From IMG/VR virus record IMGVR_UViG_3300013426_000019, positions 64,001 through 128,000 of that record: a stretch of DNA of 64,000 nt; one strand, 5' to 3'. Origin of the DNA: a virus (lineage: Duplodnaviria > Caudoviricetes). The notes under the pieces were generated by a model that had not been told where the DNA came from, did not search any database, and saw only the letters and a program-made list of their open reading frames with translations. Position numbers and translations under genes: made by a program. Of the stretch, positions 21,521 through 30,730 are shown one piece after another. The first letter of the stretch is position 1. Every line of letters begins with the position of its first letter.

Positions 21521-22537
21521 ATGGCGGTTATCCCTGACAATCAAAATTTTTTATCTACAGACAAGAATACCCCCCTAAAGGAAGCACAATTAAAATCTTT
21601 ACTAGCACAAGCTATTACAGCGAGAGCTAAAAGAGGTTGGACTACTTCTGAAGACAGTATCAGTCTCTATACTCATAGGGTGTCCCTTTCTCAGATGAAT
21701 GATATGTCAAACGTTATTATTGACAAGTCATCCGATCAGCATATTCCTTATAGTAGTTCACCTTATCCTAAAGCAATTTCCTCAGGGTCGAAAGTTTTTG
21801 CTAAAGCTACAGATTATAATGAATTGCAACAAGCAGTAAATGATATATCTAATAATATTATGTGCGAAGGTTGTAGTAATACTTGTTATGCAAGCTGTGC
21901 AAATTCTTGTGCTTCAAGTTGCACTAGTACTTGTGTTAATTTATGTACAGATAATTGTGGCTCTTCCTGCACAGACACTTGTAACAGCATAAGTTGTAAT
22001 AATGCAAATTGTTCTGCGGCTAATTGTTCTTCGGTAGCTTGTACAAAAACCAACTGCTCCTCAGGAAGTTGTTCTTTCGGTGCTTGTAATGCCTCGGGAT
22101 GTGATAAAGGCTCTTGCGAGAATGGTTCATGTCATCAAAGTTCTTGTGAGAGATCAGGATGCAACTATGATAGTTGTGATTCTACTTCCTGTGATTCTGG
22201 TTCTTGTGATACAGGCTCTTGTAGTCAGAAGACATGCAGCGATTCCGGGTGTAGTAAAGATACATGTGGCAAGGCCACCTGTTCTAGTGGGGCCTGCAAC
22301 GGTGGTGAATGCAATTCAGGAGCTTGCGCGAGAAGTGGCTGCGACGCTTCTAATTGTTCCACGGATAGTTGTGATGACGCAGACTGCAATGCGGACCCTT
22401 GCAGCAATAATACATGCAATAGCACGGGCTGCAGCCACGATAGCTGCTCTAATAACACTTGTGACTCTGATGATTGTAGCACTGCCACTTGTTACAGCGG
22501 GGATTGCAATGGTGGATCTATGAATAAATCACATTAA
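21521..22537 (+). CDS. Cys-repeat protein: 114-aa Cys-free N-domain plus 46 periodically spaced Cys
   Basis: One Cxx, then 9 Cxxx units, then 36 Cxxxx units, counted from the translation. Confidence 0.9.
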   Translation: MAVIPDNQNFLSTDKNTPLKEAQLKSLLAQAITARAKRGWTTSEDSISLYTHRVSLSQMNDMSNVIIDKSSDQHIPYSSSPYPKAISSGSKVFAKATDYNELQQAVNDISNNIMCEGCSNTCYASCANSCASSCTSTCVNLCTDNCGSSCTDTCNSISCNNANCSAANCSSVACTKTNCSSGSCSFGACNASGCDKGSCENGSCHQSSCERSGCNYDSCDSTSCDSGSCDTGSCSQKTCSDSGCSKDTCGKATCSSGACNGGECNSGACARSGCDASNCSTDSCDDADCNADPCSNNTCNSTGCSHDSCSNNTCDSDDCSTATCYSGDCNGGSMNKSH

Positions 22538-22551
22538 AGGAGATTTTTAAA

Positions 22552-22746
22552 ATGGGTATATGCTCAGGATGCTGGGGAAATTGCAATAAGGGCTGTTCTG
22601 GTGATTGTAATAATAAATGTATTTCCACTTGCACCGGATCTTGTGTAGGATCATGTTCAGGATTATGTGAAAATACATGTACAGATACCTGTATTAATAC
22701 TTCTAAAAATGATACTCGTATTACTTCTTTTGTCGTAAAATTTTAA
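22552..22746 (+). CDS. CXXX-repeat radical SAM target peptide (TIGR04114-like)
   Basis: 64 aa with 12 Cys in Cxx then Cxxx register; AAGGAG RBS; directly upstream of the maturase. Confidence 0.9.
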   Translation: MGICSGCWGNCNKGCSGDCNNKCISTCTGSCVGSCSGLCENTCTDTCINTSKNDTRITSFVVKF

Positions 22747-22755
22747 GGGGTTTAA

Positions 22756-23940
22756 ATGATTAAAAAATGGAATGCCTTTAGTGGTTATAATATAACAATC
22801 AATACTACTGAAGATTGTAATTTAAGATGCAAATATTGTTACGAGATATATAAAAAACCTGGAAATATAGATCTTAATACAGCTAAGAAATTTATAGATT
22901 TTATTTTCGATGATCCCGACCCTACCAATATAAAAGATGAAAGGCCAGATGCTTATGATGGATTGATTTTAGACTTAATTGGGGGTGACGCCCTAATGAA
23001 TGCTGATATTTTAGATGATATTTTTAAATATGTAAATACTCGTTGGGCTTTAAGTGATAAATTCAAAAAACATGGTTGGAGATCCTCAATATCTTCAAAT
23101 GGTACGCTATTCTACAAAAAGGAAGTTCGAGATTTTTGTGAAAAATGGCAAGACCACTTAAGTTTAGGGGTGTCAATTGATGGTTGTCCCACTATTCATA
23201 ATAAGAATAGAATATTTTGTGATGGTAGGGGGAGTATGTCTACTATTCTAGAGTGGTGGCCCTGGTATAGAAAAATATTCCCCGTAAATTCTTTAGAGAC
23301 AAAGGCAACTTGCAATAAAGACTCTATTCCTTATTTATATGAATCTTTGAAATGGATGCATGAGGAATTAGGGTTAAGATGGATTAATCAGAATTTTATT
23401 GGGGAAAACATGGATCTCATCGAAAAGGATCTTCAAGAATTAGACAAACAACTTGAAAAGTGCTGTGATTATTGTTTAAAACATAAAGAAGATCTTTATT
23501 GGTCAATTCTAGGAGAGAGATTCCAATTTCCACGCAATGAAAAATATGATTCTACCTTTGCTACTGCAAGTTGTGGAGCAGGACAGATGCCCGCTTGTTC
23601 TATTAAAGGTGATTTATATCCTTGTTTTAGATGGCTGCCTCAATCTCAGGGGGATAAATTTGCAAAATATAAAATTGGAAATATCCATGGTAAATTAAAT
23701 AAAAACCTCTTTAAGGAGGTCAGAACTTTAGCAAGGGCTTCTAATTGCACAAAGGAAAATAAATGCTTAGAATGTGAGTATTCTTCAGCTTGTGTTTGGT
23801 GTGTAGCTGGCTCTTTCGCAGAGTATGATGATTTTATTAGACAAACTCATATATGTGAGGTAACAAAACTCCAATGTAAATGGGCAAAAATTTATGTAGA
23901 GAAATTAAAGGAGAGTTTAAATGAAAATACAAAAGTTTGA
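22756..23940 (+). CDS. Radical SAM/SPASM peptide maturase, CXXX-repeat target family (TIGR04115-like)
   Basis: TEDCNLRCKYCY, LIGGDAL, VSIDG..IHNKNR.FCDGRGS; SPASM CGAG..GDLYPCFR..CLEC..SACVWC...HIC. Confidence 0.9.
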   Translation: MIKKWNAFSGYNITINTTEDCNLRCKYCYEIYKKPGNIDLNTAKKFIDFIFDDPDPTNIKDERPDAYDGLILDLIGGDALMNADILDDIFKYVNTRWALSDKFKKHGWRSSISSNGTLFYKKEVRDFCEKWQDHLSLGVSIDGCPTIHNKNRIFCDGRGSMSTILEWWPWYRKIFPVNSLETKATCNKDSIPYLYESLKWMHEELGLRWINQNFIGENMDLIEKDLQELDKQLEKCCDYCLKHKEDLYWSILGERFQFPRNEKYDSTFATASCGAGQMPACSIKGDLYPCFRWLPQSQGDKFAKYKIGNIHGKLNKNLFKEVRTLARASNCTKENKCLECEYSSACVWCVAGSFAEYDDFIRQTHICEVTKLQCKWAKIYVEKLKESLNENTKV

Positions 23941-24325
23941 GGGAATGATAGGGCCTTGCGGAATATTTGATGATAGTCTAGGTATGACTAATGATGAAGT
24001 TCCTGTTTCCTTAGAAAATAATGTTTATAGTGACGCTATGAACTTAGATGGATGTAATTATACCGCCCTATTATTAGATTCTTTAGATTTAAATCTCCTT
24101 AGACCTAATTTAAGATCCTACATAAGGAATGCTATTTTAAATAAGGCGCAGACTTCTTTTGTATATGGTGAACTCTTACGCCCTTTCAATAAAGCCTGTA
24201 AAGAACTGGGGATTGAATGTAACCCTCACATTACCCCTGATGGAATATTTATTAATATGGAAGATTATTTTACTTGGCAGAAATTATATTTCCATCATCC
24301 AACAAAAAGTGAAAAGAGAGCTTAA
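23921..24325 (+). CDS. Hypothetical protein in the maturase operon
   Basis: Overlaps the maturase stop; GGAG RBS. Confidence 0.7.
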   Translation: MKIQKFEGMIGPCGIFDDSLGMTNDEVPVSLENNVYSDAMNLDGCNYTALLLDSLDLNLLRPNLRSYIRNAILNKAQTSFVYGELLRPFNKACKELGIECNPHITPDGIFINMEDYFTWQKLYFHHPTKSEKRA

Positions 24326-24333
24326 ATTAAAAT

Positions 24334-24621
24334 ATGGAAGAAATAAGTGAAAAAAAAGAAATTACTAAAGAGTATCTAATATTTTTGTATTCAAAATTAA
24401 AAAAAGAATTGAATGAAGCTTTTCAAAGTTTCCAGGAAAATTTAAAAGCTGAAGATATAAGAGAATTAAATACTAAAGTAGCAGACATACAATCCAGGGC
24501 TCGATTATTAATTATGTTTATAATTTCTAATTGTGAATTAGATAATTTATCTACCACTATAGCTAATGTTAAAAAATGGCAAGAGGAAATTACTTGTGAG
24601 CAGCTATTTTCTCAGAATTAA
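24334..24621 (+). CDS. Hypothetical helical protein
   Basis: 95 aa ORF, last gene with island-like composition. Confidence 0.6.
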   Translation: MEEISEKKEITKEYLIFLYSKLKKELNEAFQSFQENLKAEDIRELNTKVADIQSRARLLIMFIISNCELDNLSTTIANVKKWQEEITCEQLFSQN

Positions 24622-24682
24622 TTTTTAATGTTTTAGAGGAGCTTTGGAGCTCCTCTTTATATTATATATGGAGGCCGTTGGT

Positions 24683-25489
24683 ATGCATTACTTAACATCC
24701 ATTCTCGACAAGCTCAAAGAGCATGAAGTACAACTCAATAACATAAACGTCTTTCCTATAGCAGACAAGGATACCGGAACCAACCTCTTCAAGACCTTAA
24801 ATGTAGAGGTAGATGCCACTAACTTCAGAGACTTCCTATTCAAGTTATCTGACAAGGTTCTTTACTCAGCCAGGGGCTCCAGTGGCAACATACTAGCACT
24901 ATACCTCCTTGGCCTCAAGGAGAACTACAATGATAACATAGTAGAGACCTGTAGGGGCGCAGCCCAGTTTACATGGAACACGATGTATGAGCCTCAAGAG
25001 GGTACGATACTCACAGCCATGAAGGCCTATCCAACAATCTTTGAAGGCCCTAAACAATACATAGGAGACTTCTACAACAACGTTTTAGATTGCCTTATGA
25101 GAGGACCAGACTTACTACCTATTTTAAAGCAGCACAACACAATAGACTCAGGAACCTTAGGGTTTACATACATCTTACAAGGACTATATGAGGCCATAGT
25201 AGGCGAATCCTTACCAACACCAGAACTCACTTTATCCCCTGTAGATACCTCAATCACACCGGAAGAGAAGACTTACTGTGTAGAGTTATTACTAGAGGGC
25301 AACCACAAGGAGGAGCTAGGATTCCTTAAAGATTATGGTGATGAGTTGATAATCCTCACCTTAAACAACGAAGCCACCAAGCTCCACATACACACAGACA
25401 ATTATCAAGAGGTTATACGTAGAGTAGAAGGGGTGGCACAAATTAAGGCCACAAAGGTAGACAACATGAAGGAACAAGGCAAGGCTTGA
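24683..25489 (+). CDS. DAK2-domain fatty acid kinase subunit A-like protein (short form lacking the C-terminal domain)
   Basis: NVFPIADKDTGTNL, ARGSSGNIL, PQEGTILT, DSG, YCVELLL, KLHIHT, KVDNMKEQ are FakA/YloV motifs; start moved to the ATG after GGAGG. Confidence 0.88.
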   Translation: MHYLTSILDKLKEHEVQLNNINVFPIADKDTGTNLFKTLNVEVDATNFRDFLFKLSDKVLYSARGSSGNILALYLLGLKENYNDNIVETCRGAAQFTWNTMYEPQEGTILTAMKAYPTIFEGPKQYIGDFYNNVLDCLMRGPDLLPILKQHNTIDSGTLGFTYILQGLYEAIVGESLPTPELTLSPVDTSITPEEKTYCVELLLEGNHKEELGFLKDYGDELIILTLNNEATKLHIHTDNYQEVIRRVEGVAQIKATKVDNMKEQGKA

Positions 25490-25514
25490 CAATTTTAAGG
25501 TGTTGTAATATAAT
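25486..25514 (+). promoter_or_regulatory. Consensus sigma70 promoter
   Basis: TTGACA-17nt-TATAAT. Confidence 0.85.
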
Positions 25515-25534
25515 TATATTAGAGAGGTGATATA

Positions 25535-26294
25535 GTGAGCAAAGCAAAGACCCTAACTAACTTAGAGCCTCAGCACAATACATGGATGCGAGAGTATCAG
25601 CGACTCTTATATGAGGAGAGAAGATTCGATGAGGGCTCGCTCAACACTATTATGACTCAAAGCAAGAAGGGTATGATAATTATATCAACAGGGCGAAGTT
25701 CTGTCAATAGTAGTATCCCTGGGAACGACTTATCTGAAGAGTTTGAAGCATGGTGTTACAAGACAAAGAGAAGACCTAACAAAGCATCCGAAGATAAATA
25801 TTTAGAGGAGAGGAATGCTCAAGCCGATAGAGAACTTAAAGAGGAATTGAAGAGCGGTGATAACCCTTATGTATATATACCTGTATATGGTGCTTACAAA
25901 GGCAAGGATGAAGTAGTAGATGAGAGTGAGAAGTCTTACATAATCTTCAACTCCTACAATCGTTATAAGGGTAAACAAGGATCCTGGGAAGACTTATATG
26001 AGAGAGCATTAGAGTGGTGTATTAAGTATAAGCAGGACTCTGTCTTTGTGCAACCTCCCAACCAACCCCCCCTATTATGCAAACCAACAAGGCCAAAGGA
26101 TAAGCAAGAGTAGTTCAGGGAAGTTCAAGTTCAATGTTGAGAGTGAGACATACTTCACAACTATTAAGAGGAAGAAGTCTGCTCCTAACTTCACAGCAGA
26201 TATTATATTTGAGAACTATATAAGAAGGGATCTACCAGCATCTCTAATTGATAAGATGAGGAGAACACAATATGGGGAACTTTGGAAGTTATGA
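25535..26294 (+). pseudogene. SAM lyase (T3 SAMase)-like gene split by a frameshift at a C7 run (26066-26072)
   Basis: ORFs 25535-26113 and 26046-26294 join as ..VQPPNQPPYYANQQ.. if one C is removed; motifs IISTGRS, N....RELKEEL, GAY, EKS, KQDSVFV. Confidence 0.55.
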
Positions 26295-26358
26295 CACTCA
26301 AAAACTTCTAAAAATGTTATGCTTTTTAAAAAATAGAGACGGGGAGTAGTATACAACA

Positions 26359-26646
26359 ATGGAACCATACAGCCTAACAATACACAACTTAACCTTCAAC
26401 ATAGAGCTAACCTCTGAAGAGAGTAGGTTTGACTTACAGACATTAACTATATACTTAAACAGGGATTTACCTATACAGAATAAGAGATATAATCTAACAC
26501 AAGGGATTACGCGTGCCTACTTACTAGCTACGGGACACGACTTCCAGGATACCTTCACATTAGATCAACTCTGCGCTATTGTAGCATCCTTAGGTGATGA
26601 GATCCTCAGTGAAGTAGACAATGCTATCATGTACTTCGAGCAATAG
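26359..26646 (+). CDS. Hypothetical protein, degenerate metallopeptidase-like
   Basis: TIYLNRDL...TLTQG-like segment at the position where HExxH is expected; motif absent. Confidence 0.5.
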   Translation: MEPYSLTIHNLTFNIELTSEESRFDLQTLTIYLNRDLPIQNKRYNLTQGITRAYLLATGHDFQDTFTLDQLCAIVASLGDEILSEVDNAIMYFEQ

Positions 26647-26658
26647 AGGTTAATTGAG

Positions 26659-27549
26659 TTGCGTAAATTCAGACCTCCTAAACCTCCAAGAGTCAACCAT
26701 AAACCTGACACTTCCTTAATACAGCACGGCACAAGTAAGGAGGAGTTAGATCTCCACAAGACTATCAATCTCCTAATACCAGGGATTAGAACCATTAAGG
26801 GTGACAGGGCAGTATTAGAGGGTAGGGAGATAGACATATATATACCCAAATATAGATTAGGAGTAGAGTACGACGGCCTAGCATATCACTCAGAAGGCAA
26901 GACCCAAGACTATCATCTCTGGAAGACTATAACAGCAGCCAAGAAGAGGGTGAGGATTATACACATATGGTCAGACCTGTGGACCAATCGAAGAGCTCAA
27001 GTTGTAGACTTCTTAAGTAAGGTATTAGGCAGGACAACGATATTACCTTACAGCGAGTGTACTATTGGTGAAGTAAGTGCAGCTGAGGGTAGTAAGTTCC
27101 TCAATGCAACACACATCACGGGCTGTGATCCAAGAGCACGGGTATTTATAGGTATATATTACAAGAACTATCTAATAACAGTGGCATCATTTACAAGGGA
27201 TGAGACAAGCTGGACATATCTTCAGAAGGCGGATAGAGCCACATGTTGTATAGAGGACGACTTAGCACACATATTTGAGTATATAAGGGCTCACTACAAT
27301 GTTGTGACCTTTAGAGCTACTATAGATAGGTCCCTATTTGATGGCAGTGATTTAAGGCAACTTGGTTTTAGAGTAACAGAGTGTACCCCTCCCAATGCCC
27401 ATTGGACTCAGAATTACAAGTCTCGAGTACTACAGGAGGGATACACAGATGATCAGATGATAAGCAAGGGATATCATAGATTCTATGATTGTGGTGAACT
27501 TATATTAGAGTGGTGTCCTATTATTCAAAGAAGTAATCCCAAGTCTTAG
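26659..27549 (+). CDS. Vsr/DUF559-like (Hef-like) endonuclease with C-terminal GNAT-like domain
   Basis: EIDIYIP...GVEYDGLAYHS, IIHIWSD.W, FLNATHITG, LGF, GYHRFYDCG. Confidence 0.75.
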   Translation: MRKFRPPKPPRVNHKPDTSLIQHGTSKEELDLHKTINLLIPGIRTIKGDRAVLEGREIDIYIPKYRLGVEYDGLAYHSEGKTQDYHLWKTITAAKKRVRIIHIWSDLWTNRRAQVVDFLSKVLGRTTILPYSECTIGEVSAAEGSKFLNATHITGCDPRARVFIGIYYKNYLITVASFTRDETSWTYLQKADRATCCIEDDLAHIFEYIRAHYNVVTFRATIDRSLFDGSDLRQLGFRVTECTPPNAHWTQNYKSRVLQEGYTDDQMISKGYHRFYDCGELILEWCPIIQRSNPKS

Positions 27550-28015
27550 TAACACTAGCATCAGGATCAGACATCCACTCATAAGCTATCATATCAACGC
27601 TATCGGAGTTCATCATACAACTGCACCAATAATCAGCCAAGCACATAGCTAGTACTACATAGTAGTCATAATCAGTGAAGGTGCTATTAAGTTCAGGTGC
27701 TGAGAACCCTTGCTGCATTGCATGGTCTCTTGCTGTACTATAAGCTCTTTGGACCCTAGATCTAGCTTCACTAGGTGTTATACCTTCGAGTAGTTCATGC
27801 ATAGATTTAGTAGCAGGTACCATATGATCTATTACATACTTAGAGGTAGTCTCATCGAAGTGTTTATCATTGAATATGCCACACTGTCTTATGATTTCCT
27901 TTTCGACAACTTCAGGCATATCTTTATGTAGTCTATCTAGTAAGCGCGACATAGATTCTACAGAGCATTTCATTTTAGGACTATTTAGATCTACAATTTC
28001 TATATATTTTGTCAT
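27521..28015 (-). CDS. Hypothetical protein
   Basis: 164 aa; last gene of a four-gene minus-strand cassette. Confidence 0.7.
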   Translation of the reverse strand: MTKYIEIVDLNSPKMKCSVESMSRLLDRLHKDMPEVVEKEIIRQCGIFNDKHFDETTSKYVIDHMVPATKSMHELLEGITPSEARSRVQRAYSTARDHAMQQGFSAPELNSTFTDYDYYVVLAMCLADYWCSCMMNSDSVDMIAYEWMSDPDASVTKTWDYFFE

Positions 28016-28038
28016 TTTTAGGATTTTCCTTTTACATT

Positions 28039-28392
28039 TTAATAGATGCCCGCTACAGTACCCTTAATTAATTTATACAGTGTTTCTATATCTTTTGAAG
28101 ATAAGGTGAGCGATCCTATAATAGGTACAGGCTGATTTATAGGTCCAACCTTTTCAGCTATTTCGTGGAACGTATCATACAAACCATCTAGTTCGATATT
28201 ATTATTCTCATCTAAGTATCCACTACTCATTAAGGTTGTTCTATTCTTATTTATATAATCCTTAGCTGTTGGCGCAAAGATTCTAACCGCAGCAGGTATG
28301 CACCATTTTCTCCAGTCATCTATTTTAGGACATAATTCTTGCACAGCGAACGCATATGCACCATCTTCGAAGTTCTTTATACTTACTTTCAT
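28039..28392 (-). CDS. Hypothetical protein
   Basis: 117 aa, AGGAG RBS. Confidence 0.75.
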   Translation of the reverse strand: MKVSIKNFEDGAYAFAVQELCPKIDDWRKWCIPAAVRIFAPTAKDYINKNRTTLMSSGYLDENNNIELDGLYDTFHEIAEKVGPINQPVPIIGSLTLSSKDIETLYKLIKGTVAGIY

Positions 28393-28481
28393 TCTTAATT
28401 AATCTCCTAGTAGCGGGTTTATTATTCTTTAATCATAAGAGGAGGTGTTAGCTCCTCTTATTTTTCCTTCTAGACTTTTTC

Positions 28482-28997
28482 TTAAGTCGTTGAACCTGTT
28501 GTTGTTGAGGTTGGATTGGTCCAGCTATTGTATAGGGGCATTGGATTTGGACAAACATTACCAGATGGGATAACCATTTTAGTTAGACTCTGTAACTGAG
28601 CAACCTGACCCTGTAAGCATCCAATATTAGCAGTATTTGTAGCATTATATACAGCCTGCTGAGTGAACTTATTATTATAATCTGCTTCGAACTGTCTTCT
28701 CCAAGTATCGAAGTAAGTATAGATCTCCAATCCTTTTTGATCGACTGCCTTCTCTGCTTTTCCTAATGCGATTTCCTGTTCAAGTTTAGCAATCTGCATA
28801 TCCTTAGCAGAGTCATATCTTGTAACATATTCATCTTCTGCATGAAGAGGTGTGCCATTAACCATCCCTCTGCCTCCAAACATATTACCTAAGCCATTAA
28901 GTAGATTAGGACCTAATACCCCAAGACCTGTTCCAATTGCACCTAATGTAACACCGAGATTACCTTTGCCATTACTAGCATAATTAATTTCTGCCAT
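28482..28997 (-). CDS. Conserved gut-phage protein with Gly-rich hydrophobic N-terminus and coiled coil
   Basis: YASNGKGNLGVTLGAIGTGLG..., QAVYNAT, LQSLTKMVIP..NVCP. Confidence 0.75.
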   Translation of the reverse strand: MAEINYASNGKGNLGVTLGAIGTGLGVLGPNLLNGLGNMFGGRGMVNGTPLHAEDEYVTRYDSAKDMQIAKLEQEIALGKAEKAVDQKGLEIYTYFDTWRRQFEADYNNKFTQQAVYNATNTANIGCLQGQVAQLQSLTKMVIPSGNVCPNPMPLYNSWTNPTSTTTGSTT

Positions 28998-29216
28998 TTT
29001 CTTCCTTTCTCCTTTAGAGTTTCTCGTAGAGATTCTATTTCTCCCTTCTAGCTAGCTATTACTTCTCTCTACATTATATTTGGTCTTTTTTGGATCCTAG
29101 ATAGTGGCATGTGTTTTTATTTTTGTTTTAAGTTTGTGTTAGATTTATTTAAGTATTGTTTTAATTTTGCAACATTGTTGATTTAAGAACACCTCATTTT
29201 CAGAGGTGTTTATATT

Positions 29217-29495
29217 CTATACAGGGTAATCTATTAACTTTAGGTAATTCCAGAGTCTCTTAGCAACTCTTTCCTTATTATAGTTGAACTGACTTATTGA
29301 CATATTTAAGGTGTTGGCTATCTCTGCTATACCTTTCATATCATAGATGTAGGCAGTGATAGCATACGTCTCTCTATCAGACATTTCACATTCAATGCAT
29401 AATCTTCTTAATTCAACTTTAGGTAGGTATCGTATACTTCTTATAAACTCTTTAAGATCGAAGTTTTCTGACATATTTCTCGTATTTTTGCGCAA
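29217..29495 (-). CDS. Small HTH (sigma region 4/LuxR-like) regulator
   Basis: MSDRE....YIYDMKGIAEIANTLNMS. Confidence 0.65.
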   Translation of the reverse strand: MRKNTRNMSENFDLKEFIRSIRYLPKVELRRLCIECEMSDRETYAITAYIYDMKGIAEIANTLNMSISQFNYNKERVAKRLWNYLKLIDYPV

Positions 29496-29880
29496 ACTTT
29501 TCCCTTAGTTTTGCGATATTTAGGTAGTTTAACTTTTTCACTTTGCATTTAAGGTTCTTTAATATAGCACAATATATACAAGTCGGAGCATCAATAGTAA
29601 GTCCTCCTAATACTATCTCAGTGATTCTTCATTTGTTTTTCTTGAGTTTTACTCTTCTCCCCTATTATTATTAGTGCTATTTAAGCCACCTCAACCCTAT
29701 GATTTTAAGCTGTTTTTAAGACTTTTTCTCAATTAATTTTCAAGGATTATTCAATTAAGAGTTAGGGTGTCTATTATCTTTTGTTTTGCATTTTAACAAT
29801 TTAAGAACTTCTTGAAGATCCTCTGAGGCCAACACTAGCGTGGCCTCTTCTATTATTCTTTTCATTTTTCTTTGACTCAT

Positions 29881-30456
29881 TTAACTATTTCCTCCCCATC
29901 CTACAATTTCACTTCCATCAAGATACTCATAGTGTAACATTAACTCCAAGCCATCTGCTGTTGCCAGAGTATTACTTAGTACTGCTTTAGGTATGAGGAC
30001 AATTACACCAGATGATTCTTCAAGCCCTATAAACCCTACAATTCTAATCTCGTCAGGACGGCATTCCCCATTATTCAGGCTAGTTAAGGTTTTGCGTCTA
30101 ATCCACTTGCCTCTCAGTTTATCCCTTACTTCCTTCTTGGATAAGTTGAGAGCTCTACCCTCACCTCTATCTATAATTATAGCAGCTACGCAGTGGGTAT
30201 GTTTGGAGCGCTCCACCTCATTATCTTTGTATGCATTCTCTACTACGCAGAAGGGAGAGTACTCTCCTAAGCTTAAGTCAGTGTTCACATGTTTAAGGGT
30301 ATGCCTGTAGACATCTCTGTCGGAGTAACTATTATTAGCCATAGACAACAACTCAGCAACATCATCAGAGGCAAAGACTGTTGTACCTATAGCGTCTTTA
30401 AGCCTATAATCCAGAGGGTTGAGTATGACGTCATTATAAGTATATTTATATCTCAT
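29881..30456 (-). CDS. Hypothetical protein; C-terminal half paralogous to 30453
   Basis: LNLSKKEVRDKLRGKWI..IVGF..YLDGSEIVG. Confidence 0.75.
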   Translation of the reverse strand: MRYKYTYNDVILNPLDYRLKDAIGTTVFASDDVAELLSMANNSYSDRDVYRHTLKHVNTDLSLGEYSPFCVVENAYKDNEVERSKHTHCVAAIIIDRGEGRALNLSKKEVRDKLRGKWIRRKTLTSLNNGECRPDEIRIVGFIGLEESSGVIVLIPKAVLSNTLATADGLELMLHYEYLDGSEIVGWGGNS

Positions 30457-30719
30457 TCGCTTAGAACCTTCTTACCTATAGTTGAACCATCTAGGAACGT
30501 ACAGGCATTGAACAACTCCTCTGCGGTATAGTACTCTTCATTGCCTAACAGGACTCTTACGTCCTCCTTGGCTTCATCGTTCTCGTAGACTATATCATAA
30601 GTGAATCCTATTATCATATATTCACTATTACTTGCTTTAAGCTTAACCCACTCCTTATCCTTTAAGTACTTCCTATCTACAGGACTACTTAAGTCCAGTG
30701 CTACCCAATTGTTCTTCAT
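30453..30719 (-). CDS. Hypothetical protein
   Basis: LDLSSPVDRKYLKDKEWV..IIGF..FLDGSTIG; GGAGG RBS. Confidence 0.75.
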   Translation of the reverse strand: MKNNWVALDLSSPVDRKYLKDKEWVKLKASNSEYMIIGFTYDIVYENDEAKEDVRVLLGNEEYYTAEELFNACTFLDGSTIGKKVLSE

Positions 30720-30730
30720 CCTATTCCTCC

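Noticed and set aside
22080-22523. Alternative-frame ORFs 22080-22523 (+) and 22225-22488 (-)
   Set aside because: By-products of the Cys/Ser repeat codon pattern; no RBS or independent signal
24644-24682. ORF-track TTG starts at 24644, 33603 and 41101
   Set aside because: These extensions run through hairpin or promoter motifs; downstream ATGs are more plausible
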